Of a stretch of DNA of 48,924 nt, positions 38,201 to 46,206 are shown piece by piece. Both the position numbers and the translations under genes were made by a program. Positions within the stretch are counted from its first letter, which is position 1, and each line of letters opens with the position of its first letter. The notes under the pieces were generated by a model that did not search any database, was not told the DNA's origin, and saw only the letters and a program-made list of their open reading frames with translations. Source of the DNA: an uncultured Pseudomonadales bacterium. GTDB taxonomy: Bacteria > Patescibacteriota > Microgenomatia > UBA1400 > PJMF01. The stretch spans positions 3,394 through 52,317 of the forward strand of contig CAYVBW010000002.1 in the NCBI GenBank assembly GCA_964449995.1, read 5' to 3'.

Positions 38201-38742
38201 ATTTTGACTGTAATTACATGCCTTCTGCTAACTGCAATCTCTATCCATGAACCTCTTAGTGGTCTTAGCTCAGCTAGATAATAAACCTCACCAGTATTGC
38301 GATATTCCTCTCCAGAAAAAAATACTCCAGGAGATCTCACTAGCTGTGTCACGATCCCTCGCTCAATGCCATTAATCACAAAAGTACCAACAGGAGTCAT
38401 TTTAGGAATATCCCCTAAAAATACATCTTGAGTTCTTCTCTCTCCAGTTTTTTTATTAATTAAAGTTGTTTCAACATATAAGGAGGTCTCGTAAGTTAAA
38501 TTCTTTCTTTTAGCCTCAGCCACTGAATACTTAGGCTCGTTATAATGATGAGCTCCGAATTTAAGAAGCCAATTTTTACCAGTGTAGTCCTCGATTCCTC
38601 TGCCGCCATTAATTTGAGACAGGGATTCTTGAATCCCGTTTTGCAAAAAATCTTCATAACTTTCAATTTGCAATCCAATGAGGTCTAGTTCTGGTAATTC
38701 TTCAGTTTTCTTCCCCCAATATTGTCTTTGGCTATTTTGCAT
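35296..38742 (-). CDS. rpoB: DNA-directed RNA polymerase subunit beta with polyacidic C-terminal tail
   Basis: 1148-aa ORF. [39 protein letters not shown]. The last ~68 aa are almost entirely D/E/Q. AAGGAG SD upstream. Confidence 0.96.
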   Translation of the reverse strand: [1148 protein letters not shown]

Positions 38743-38780
38743 AGAGGCTCCTTAAATTATTCAACTCAAGCAAGTTAAAA

Positions 38781-38801
38781 AGAGGCTAACTTGTAGCCTC
38801 T
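38781..38801 (-). promoter_or_regulatory. Stem-loop in the mltG-rpoB spacer (possible terminator/attenuator or translational switch)
   Basis: AGAGGCTA (38781-38788) pairs with TAGCCTCT (38794-38801) around a 5-nt loop, flanked by A/T runs on both sides. On the minus strand it is followed by UUUUUAAC. A third copy, AGCCUCU, abuts the rpoB start codon and overlaps its SD (38743-38750). Confidence 0.4.
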
Positions 38802-39005
38802 AAAAAAACCAGATTGAGAATTAGTTTTGAGAAATCACTAATTTAAATTTAAATATTTTCTATATTTTTAATATTGCTATATTACGATTGTGATAAGCTA
38901 AATTAAAACCTGATCGCTATTAGTGACAAAGTTTTTTACAACTTTCTGACACTCCACAAAATTAACGCAGTTTACATAAAAGCGTATTTTATCAGGATCA
39001 ATTTA

Positions 39006-39995
39006 TTAACGCAAGTATTGATCAATATTTTGATTGTGTTCCTCAAGATTGCGTCCAAAATGAACTCTCCCTTGGTTATCGTGAATATAGAAAAGATAAT
39101 CTGAAGACTCAGGACGCAAAGCTGCCTCAATAGCATTAATGCCTGGATTACAAATTGGTTTTGGAGGAAGACCAGGGTTTAGGTAAGTGTTAAAGCTGGA
39201 ATCAAGATTTTTATCTGCTTGCCTAGGGACAGCCCACCAACTACCTAAATCACTGTCGTATCCCTTAGCATATTGTAGAGTGGCATCAACCTGCAAGGGC
39301 ATACCCGACCCCAACCTCTTCCATAAAACGCCAGAAATTAACTTCATCTGCTCAAAATCTCTAGCTTCTCTTTCTAATAAAGAAGCCATGGTTAATATCT
39401 CATTCAATGTATATTTTGAATCTTCAATCTCTTCCCTGAAGGGTTCAATTCTCTTTTCAAAAGTATTATTCATCAATAACACTAAAGCCTGAGTAGTTAT
39501 CTCTTTTGGTACCAAGTATGTATCTGGAAACAACTTTCCTTCAAGCGCTACAGTCTGGGTTAAAAATTCATCTGCATCATAAGCAGTTAACGAATACTGT
39601 TGTAAGCTTTGAGCTATTTCTTCGCGACGCATACCCTCTGGTAAAGTAATCCACAAATCATCGGCTCCTTCGCCTAGGATTTCTAAAATAGCAGCCACAT
39701 CCATTGCTGGAGAAAGTTCAAAGCTCCCAGCTTGAATTTGATATTTATCGCTGTTTAGGCGGTAGTAAATCTTAAAAAGCAAATCACTTTTAATAAATCC
39801 CTTTTCTTTTAATCTACTGCTAATAGTAGCCACACCCTCTCCTTTTTTAACCACAAACCTCTCTAACTGCCGATTATTTGGCTCAGGAGCCTGAAGCAAA
39901 GATAAGCCGTAAATAACAGTAATCATCGTTACAACAAAAAGGCTTGCAATAGTTATTAATGCTATCTGAATAATTTTAGTTTTTTGTTTCATCAT
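39006..39995 (-). CDS. mltG: Endolytic murein transglycosylase MltG (YceG-like)
   Basis: 329-aa ORF. N-terminal TM, LysM-like segment, YceG motifs ASLLEREAR, LQVDATLQYA, FNTYLNPGLPPKPICNPG. Confidence 0.85.
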   Translation of the reverse strand: MMKQKTKIIQIALITIASLFVVTMITVIYGLSLLQAPEPNNRQLERFVVKKGEGVATISSRLKEKGFIKSDLLFKIYYRLNSDKYQIQAGSFELSPAMDVAAILEILGEGADDLWITLPEGMRREEIAQSLQQYSLTAYDADEFLTQTVALEGKLFPDTYLVPKEITTQALVLLMNNTFEKRIEPFREEIEDSKYTLNEILTMASLLEREARDFEQMKLISGVLWKRLGSGMPLQVDATLQYAKGYDSDLGSWWAVPRQADKNLDSSFNTYLNPGLPPKPICNPGINAIEAALRPESSDYLFYIHDNQGRVHFGRNLEEHNQNIDQYLR

Positions 39996-40052
39996 TATTA
40001 AAATTTATTTTTAAAGGTGAAAGTAAGTTTAACATATTTTAAGGAGATTAAC

Positions 40053-40454
40053 CTAATTGTCTAGGTGAGAAGAATTTTCTAAAGCTAGCCACTCCTCCAA
40101 AATAAAGGCTGCTGCAAAATGATCGATATACTTTGGAATAGGTTTACTCCTTAATTTCATCCTTGCTATTACTTCAGAAGAAGACAATGTCTCGTCAAAA
40201 TAAATTATGGGTATTGATAGTAGGTCTTGAAGTTTTTTTTCAAATCTGCGTGTCTTTCTAGCTGTCTCATTCTCAGAAATTCCTAAAATAATTTTTTTAA
40301 TTTGGTTTTTGTTGCAATAATTCACAATCTCTTCAAGCGCTTCATCTTGGTTTTGATAATGAATAATTTTTAGCGGTTGTGCTAAAAAGTCTTGGTTAAC
40401 CGCTAGGCCCATTCTTTTTGTACCAAAATCAATTGCTAATAATTTTTCTTTCAT
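40053..40454 (-). CDS. ruvX: Putative pre-16S rRNA nuclease / Holliday-junction-resolvase-like YqgF
   Basis: 133-aa ORF. LLAIDFGTKRMGLAV N-terminus and RNase-H-like length. Confidence 0.85.
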   Translation of the reverse strand: MKEKLLAIDFGTKRMGLAVNQDFLAQPLKIIHYQNQDEALEEIVNYCNKNQIKKIILGISENETARKTRRFEKKLQDLLSIPIIYFDETLSSSEVIARMKLRSKPIPKYIDHFAAAFILEEWLALENSSHLDN

Positions 40455-40461
40455 AAATCTT

Positions 40462-41427
40462 TCATTCCCTGATCAATTGAGCAGTGACAACTCCTCTTCG
40501 CAAATAGGTTCCCTCAGGAACACAGGTTACTAATTTTAGCTGTCGACTATTATAATCCTGAGATAAGATATATGTGTCAGTAGGCTTAACCTCTACCTTA
40601 TCCTGTACTATATAGGTATACCTAACATCACCATAATTAAGATATATTTTATCTCCTGGCTCAAGAGTCATTATTGTGCTAAAAATAGAATTATAACGAC
40701 GAGGATTATTTTCACTAGGATTATAAAAGTGACGTAATAAAGAATGACCAAAAATTACAGGCGATCCTGGTTTACCTGGAAGTGACGTGCCCGGGTATTG
40801 AATAAGACTTTCCTCTAAATTTGTTCCTCCTATTTTAACAACAGCATTATTAACATCTAACTTGGGAATTTCCAAAACATATTCACCTGTTTGTTTAGAC
40901 AACAAACTTGTTCTGTTTACTAAATCTGCAACCATTTGATCCTCAAACCAATTAGACAAATTTGTATAGTCTAATTCTGCATCAACAATAATAGGACCTT
41001 GTCTGATTTGAGACATTTCATGGCCCAATTCACCTGACCTTGCTGTTTGGGCCACAACTAAAGGAGTTGTGCTCAAAATAATTTCCTGAGGAATAGGGGC
41101 AATTAGGGTTGGCGAGGCTGGTAAATTTTTTAAATAAAAACCAATTATTGGAACTACAGCACTACCTAATAAAAATAGTCCTACAACTATCAAAAAAATT
41201 GGCACAAACGTTGCGCCCAAACGGATTATTGCCGGAACCGACTTCACTGCTTGCTGCCTATGTTTATCGTCAACAGTTTTTTCAACCTCTTGAGTGACAG
41301 TAAGTCTAGCTAATTTTTCTTCCACTTGAGCTTCTACTTCTTCATAGCTACCATTTTCAAGCAAAGCCTGTCTATAAAGCTTAATTAACTCTTTACGATC
41401 TAATTCAAGATTATTTGACTGAGACAT
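40462..41427 (-). CDS. Membrane-anchored sortase-family transpeptidase
   Basis: 321-aa ORF. Helical cytoplasmic N-terminus and TM segment(s) (VPIFLIVVGLFLLGSAVVPIIGFYL). Catalytic-triad context VIFGHS (His), LKLVTCVP (Cys), YLRRGVV (Arg). TGA stop. Confidence 0.75.
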   Translation of the reverse strand: MSQSNNLELDRKELIKLYRQALLENGSYEEVEAQVEEKLARLTVTQEVEKTVDDKHRQQAVKSVPAIIRLGATFVPIFLIVVGLFLLGSAVVPIIGFYLKNLPASPTLIAPIPQEIILSTTPLVVAQTARSGELGHEMSQIRQGPIIVDAELDYTNLSNWFEDQMVADLVNRTSLLSKQTGEYVLEIPKLDVNNAVVKIGGTNLEESLIQYPGTSLPGKPGSPVIFGHSLLRHFYNPSENNPRRYNSIFSTIMTLEPGDKIYLNYGDVRYTYIVQDKVEVKPTDTYILSQDYNSRQLKLVTCVPEGTYLRRGVVTAQLIRE

Positions 41428-41429
41428 AG

Positions 41430-43637
41430 CTAATTAATGCTAAGAACTATACGATCAGCTTCTGTGGGCAATGATTTAAAAAAACTAGCAGCCAAGGCAG
41501 GCCTAAATGTAAAATCTACCTGTGCTGCAATATTTAAATTATCAAGCTGAGATTGTGCTTCTTGAATAGATAATCCAACTAATTCTTCTTTTAAATCTTC
41601 TTCTACTACTACAGCTTTGACGATACCTGATATTTCTGCTTCTAGACTAACCCTATCACTATCCTCCTCAGTTATCACCCTAGGATCAACAGTGGGTTCT
41701 TGGTCAGTAAAAATATAATTCTGTGGAACGTCATTCTCTAAAACAGCTTGAGATAAAGCAATCAAGTCTTTGGTTGTGTAGGTTAGACCTTGCAAACTAA
41801 TAGTTAAAGACAAACTTACTTTATCTACTTCTTCACCTATCTCATCGCTATAGGTTTCCTCTACTATTTGATAAACTTCTGTTGGAATAACATAATCTGC
41901 CTGCCCTGCATTTTCTCCCAATTCTTCCCTAGCCTTTTTAAGCAATCTTTGCCTCAGGTTAACCAATAATTCTTGATGATCTTCTTGTGAGACAACTCTA
42001 ATTTCTCGGCTTGATCCACCAGAAAAATCTTCTTCAGCACGTGCTGAATAAGTATTAGTACTAAAATCTTCAATTCTAAATTCAGTTTTATTACTAATGT
42101 TACCTTCTGCCCCAATTTCTTTAGCAGTTAAAATAATTTTAAGTCTGCCAAATTCTCTAATTTCGCCCTCACCATCTTCAGTCTCTTCAACTGAAGCAGC
42201 TGGGACTACAAAATCTTCTGTTGCTTCAAATTCTAAATTCTCAGCCTTAAAAACAGTACCGGCTGAAAAAGTTTTTTCTTCATCAGTTTTATTAAAAACC
42301 ACCACTTCTCCTTGAGCCTTTTCTCCCACTTCCTTTATCCCCGTGGTTTGAGTTTCCTGACTATCTGATACTTCATAATTTACCACACTTGCTTTTAGTA
42401 AATTATTGGCAGGATCAGAGGTTGCAATCGTGGGGTCTAAAATAATTGTTGCGGTCTGCTGAATAGTTTGGGTGTCAGGACTTAGTACTACTGTAACCTG
42501 ATAACTATTTTTAAGCAAAAAATAATAAATAATGGCTGAAGCAATGATGCCAATTATCACACTTAGAATAATAATAATTTTAAAATTAAATTTTTTATCT
42601 CTACTGGAAATTTTTGGGCTATCTTTTTTAAGGTTTTTAAAAGTCGGTAAAAATTTTAAAAACCTCTTTCTTGAATCAAACAACCTATCTTTTTTTGTTT
42701 CTATTTCTCCCTGCTGCTGTTCTTCTTTTTTGTCATCTTTGACATCCGCCACCTGTTGGGCTTTTACCGCACTGATTGGCACACCAAAACTAGCCTGATG
42801 AAATTCTTCTTTTTCTTCTTTATCTATTGATTGAAACACAGAAGCGTCAGTTTCTGCTTCACTTTGCATAGATATAATTCCAATTTGCTTAGCTATGGCT
42901 TCACCACAGTTTTTAGCAATAATTTCTAGCAAACGATCTGGATCAATAACTTCAATAATTGGCTTTTGGATAAAATTAAATTGATCAGTCCAATCCAAAG
43001 TAAATAGCTGCTGTTGATATAACCTTAATTTTTCTTGATCAATAACTGAGGATGACAAAATAATATTAGGAGGAAGCTTTAATCCATTAGCGGAAAAATT
43101 TTGCTCCAATCTAGCCAGGGCTTCATGAACATCAGAAACAATGTCTTGAGAGCGACCAACTGACAAAGACCCTACTGTTTTCCCTTGTTTAATCACCATC
43201 AAATCTAAAAAATTTGTCCCCATATAAAGAACAATTGACGATAAATAGCTGTTTTCTTTAATTAAAAATTGATGGATTGCTTCTGTAATTAAAACAAAAC
43301 CTATAGCTTCTAGCGAAAGCGATTCTGTAATTTTTTTCAATTCCTGCTCGTGAGATTCTAGAATGGCATTATTTTCTACCCAATGAGGTTCAAAGGCAAA
43401 TAAAACTTGATCAGTTTCCTCAGATTTCTTTCCTAAATCCTGCAAGCTTTCATCTAATTGGATCAGCTGCTCTTCCTGAGTGCTATAAAATCTTACTTTT
43501 GATTTATTTAAAATTACAATCTTCTGATCAATAACTTGCCATAAAGCTGCTTGTATTGATTGATCAGTTAAAACAATCAAGATAAAAAGATCATTTTTTT
43601 TGATTAAATTTTTAGAAAAAAGGTTTGGCAGGCCCAT
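41430..43637 (-). CDS. Large bitopic membrane protein of unknown function (cytoplasmic N-domain, one TM, ~360-aa acidic ectodomain)
   Basis: 735-aa ATG ORF ending 2 nt before the sortase ATG. One strong TM at about residues 354-375 (IIIILSVIIGIIASAIIYYFLL). The N-domain has weak FtsA/PilM-like strand patterns. The C-domain is beta-rich with a baseplate-J-like looking segment. The coding call is solid, but the function is unknown. Confidence 0.8.
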   Translation of the reverse strand: MGLPNLFSKNLIKKNDLFILIVLTDQSIQAALWQVIDQKIVILNKSKVRFYSTQEEQLIQLDESLQDLGKKSEETDQVLFAFEPHWVENNAILESHEQELKKITESLSLEAIGFVLITEAIHQFLIKENSYLSSIVLYMGTNFLDLMVIKQGKTVGSLSVGRSQDIVSDVHEALARLEQNFSANGLKLPPNIILSSSVIDQEKLRLYQQQLFTLDWTDQFNFIQKPIIEVIDPDRLLEIIAKNCGEAIAKQIGIISMQSEAETDASVFQSIDKEEKEEFHQASFGVPISAVKAQQVADVKDDKKEEQQQGEIETKKDRLFDSRKRFLKFLPTFKNLKKDSPKISSRDKKFNFKIIIILSVIIGIIASAIIYYFLLKNSYQVTVVLSPDTQTIQQTATIILDPTIATSDPANNLLKASVVNYEVSDSQETQTTGIKEVGEKAQGEVVVFNKTDEEKTFSAGTVFKAENLEFEATEDFVVPAASVEETEDGEGEIREFGRLKIILTAKEIGAEGNISNKTEFRIEDFSTNTYSARAEEDFSGGSSREIRVVSQEDHQELLVNLRQRLLKKAREELGENAGQADYVIPTEVYQIVEETYSDEIGEEVDKVSLSLTISLQGLTYTTKDLIALSQAVLENDVPQNYIFTDQEPTVDPRVITEEDSDRVSLEAEISGIVKAVVVEEDLKEELVGLSIQEAQSQLDNLNIAAQVDFTFRPALAASFFKSLPTEADRIVLSIN

Positions 43638-43691
43638 ATTAAAAAATTTTAATTATCATTAATATCAATAACAAATTTACAGCTAGATATC

Positions 43692-43720
43692 ATTATATTA
43701 GAGTTTTGCAAAAATGAGAA
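43692..43720 (-). promoter_or_regulatory. Candidate promoter (TTCTCA-17 nt-TATAAT) upstream of the 735-aa gene
   Basis: The minus strand reads TTCTCA, a 17-nt spacer, then TATAAT. It sits in the 125-nt alaS/735-aa spacer. Motif match only. Confidence 0.25.
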
Positions 43721-43762
43721 ATTATTAAGATTTACAATAGGCCTGTAATAAACTATTTGAGT

Positions 43763-45628
43763 TTAGCGAAGATAGACCCTGCGTACTCCAGCTGATGCAG
43801 ATTTTTCTTTAAAAATCTCAATTTCCTCAATTTCACCAGTTGAATCTACGTGGGGTCCTCCACAAATTTCCTGAGAAACAATTTCGTCTTGACCAATTTG
43901 ATAAACATCAACTGTCTCAGAATATTTATCCAAAAAAGCAGCTAGGGCACCAGCCTTGATTGCTTTGTTTTTATCCATTGTTTTTTTAATAACTGGCAAA
44001 TCTTTTTTTATCCAGTTGTTTACCATGTTTTCAATCTTTTTTAATTCGTTCCTATCTACAGCTTTTGGATGAGAAAAATCAAAACGCAATCTCTTCTCAG
44101 TAATATGAGATCCTTTTTGAATCACGTGTTCTCCCAAAACTTCTCTTAAGGCAGCGTGCAAGAGATGCGTGGCAGTATGATAAGCAATCGTTCTTGTCGC
44201 ACTATTAGCCAGACCACCTTTAAATCTTTGATCGACTCCTCTTTTGGAGACCTTAATATGTAATTTTTTTTGTAAATTAAAATCTTTCTCTAAATTTTTA
44301 TCAAGCTTAATTTTTCTTGATTTGGCCTCTTCAATACTCATTTCAAGCGGAAAACCATAAGTTTGATATAAGTCATAAGCCAATACTCCGGTTAATTTTT
44401 GATTTTCTGATGTTAGTTGATTAAATTTTTTTAATCCTTTTTCTAGCGTTATTTCAAATTTTCCAATCTCTTGAGAAACAATTTCTTTAATTTTTTCTTG
44501 GTTAGTAAACAATTTAGGAAAGGGTTGTTGGTAAATTCCCGCTACAACTAAAACCAAATCAGACAACTGGTGGGTGTTCTCGTTTAAAAATTGCCAGTGT
44601 CTTAAAGATCTTCTTAATAATCGGCGAACCATATAGCCCTGATCTTTGTTGCTGGGTTTAACATTATCATTAATTAACATCACGGCAGCTTTTAAATGAT
44701 CAGCTATTACCCGAAAGTGTTTTTTGTTTTCTTTAATATATTTTTGACCCGTGTGTTCTTCTACTTTTTCAAGAATTGGCCAAAAAAGTTCTGTTTTAAA
44801 AATATCAGGCTGATGTTTGGTTGCAGCTAAAATTCTCTCTAAACCTCCTCCGAAATCAATGTTCTTTTGAGGTAGTTCCTTAAAACCGTCTTGTGTTTTT
44901 TGATACTGCATAAAAACACTGTTACCAATTTCCAAAAATCGACCACACTCACAATTTGGGTGGCAGGGTTGTTGGGCAAATTCAGAATTTTCATGGTATT
45001 TAAACTCAGGCCCAAAATCATAAAAAACCTCACTATCTGGACCCCCAATCTCTCCTAGAGGCATGTCGTCTGGATTACCTGCTCTAGACCACCAATTTTT
45101 ATCGGCTGGATAATAAAAAATTCTTCCCTTATCGATTCCTCCTTCAGCAGCATTTTCGATAATACCAGCATCAATATCTCTTTGAGAAAATAGTTCTTGC
45201 CAAATAAGTGCTGATTCTTGATCAGATTCTATGCCATATTTTTCACTACCGGCAAACACTGTTACAAAAAGTTTATCCACCGGCAAGCCCACTTCATCTA
45301 TTAAAAACTGGAAAAACCATTCAAGCTGTTCTTTTTTAAAATAATCTCCAAGGGACCAATTACCCAACATTTCAAAAAAAGTAGTGTGTCTGTTATCTCC
45401 TACTTCCTCAATATCTTGAGCTCTAAAACATTTTTGAGAATTAGTAATCCTCTTACCTACAGGATGCTCTTCTCCCAATAAGAAAGGCATCATTGGTTGC
45501 ATGCCTGCTGTTGTGAAAAGTGTTGTTGGATCATTTTCTGGAATCAATAGCGAAGAAGGTACTACTGCATGCTTTCGATTTGCAAAAAAATCTAAATATT
45601 TGTGACGAAGCTGATTAGCAGTAATCAT
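43763..45628 (-). CDS. alaS: Alanine--tRNA ligase, short form lacking the C-Ala domain
   Basis: 621-aa ORF. N-terminus LRHKYLDFFANRKHAVVPSSLLIP...TLFTTAGMQP. Editing-domain HTATHLLHAAL and CGGPHV motifs near the C-terminus. It ends about 30 aa after CGGPHV. Confidence 0.9.
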   Translation of the reverse strand: MITANQLRHKYLDFFANRKHAVVPSSLLIPENDPTTLFTTAGMQPMMPFLLGEEHPVGKRITNSQKCFRAQDIEEVGDNRHTTFFEMLGNWSLGDYFKKEQLEWFFQFLIDEVGLPVDKLFVTVFAGSEKYGIESDQESALIWQELFSQRDIDAGIIENAAEGGIDKGRIFYYPADKNWWSRAGNPDDMPLGEIGGPDSEVFYDFGPEFKYHENSEFAQQPCHPNCECGRFLEIGNSVFMQYQKTQDGFKELPQKNIDFGGGLERILAATKHQPDIFKTELFWPILEKVEEHTGQKYIKENKKHFRVIADHLKAAVMLINDNVKPSNKDQGYMVRRLLRRSLRHWQFLNENTHQLSDLVLVVAGIYQQPFPKLFTNQEKIKEIVSQEIGKFEITLEKGLKKFNQLTSENQKLTGVLAYDLYQTYGFPLEMSIEEAKSRKIKLDKNLEKDFNLQKKLHIKVSKRGVDQRFKGGLANSATRTIAYHTATHLLHAALREVLGEHVIQKGSHITEKRLRFDFSHPKAVDRNELKKIENMVNNWIKKDLPVIKKTMDKNKAIKAGALAAFLDKYSETVDVYQIGQDEIVSQEICGGPHVDSTGEIEEIEIFKEKSASAGVRRVYLR

Positions 45629-45634
45629 AAATGT

Positions 45635-46171
45635 TTAATTATTGTTAATAACATTCTTGTGAAACTGATTTAATTTATAGCAACTTTTTAAATTCTTAGA
45701 TAATAAATTCAACAAAATTGTTGTTCCTCCAAAACAAATATCTCCTAAAAGAGTGTTTCTATAGAAGGGTAAGGCTGCTAGATAACAAGCAAGTAATCCT
45801 GACCAAGTTGAGGGATACCAGTAAAGCCAGACCCCAAAATTCGATAAAAGAAAAAACAATAAGCTAGCTAAGGGCAAAAAAACAATTTGTTTTTTCAGTT
45901 TGTTTTGAGCTAATCGACCTAAAACATAATAGCTGGCAAAGCCCAAATAAGTAAAAATAAAACCACGATATAATCCAGAAAAAAACCAATCAAAAATAAT
46001 AATTTGTCCAAAAAAAAGTACAACATTCTTCTGAAAAAAACCAAAGCTGCCCAAAGGACTAAAGTTTGGCGCTAATTTCAGAAAACGACTAACAAATACA
46101 ACCACTGCAACTATAATTTGTTTTAAAAAATTGTACAGATCAGAGTCAGTGGAAACACTAATTTGTTTCAT
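45635..46171 (-). CDS. Multi-pass membrane protein, DUF6580-like putative transport protein
   Basis: 178-aa ORF with about 5 hydrophobic helices. The APNFSPLGSFGFF motif resembles the PNF(T/S)P signature I recall for the DUF6580 putative-transporter family. 6 nt upstream of alaS. Confidence 0.45.
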   Translation of the reverse strand: MKQISVSTDSDLYNFLKQIIVAVVVFVSRFLKLAPNFSPLGSFGFFQKNVVLFFGQIIIFDWFFSGLYRGFIFTYLGFASYYVLGRLAQNKLKKQIVFLPLASLLFFLLSNFGVWLYWYPSTWSGLLACYLAALPFYRNTLLGDICFGGTTILLNLLSKNLKSCYKLNQFHKNVINNN

Positions 46172-46206
46172 TACTAATAGAGGTTTATATTATTTTTTTA
46201 AAAATC

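Noticed and set aside
41457-41471. LPTEA near the C-terminus of the 735-aa protein as a possible sortase sorting signal.
   Set aside because: It is not followed by a hydrophobic segment and a basic tail (only DRIVLSIN follows), and position 5 is not Gly. It is kept only as something to check for conservation.
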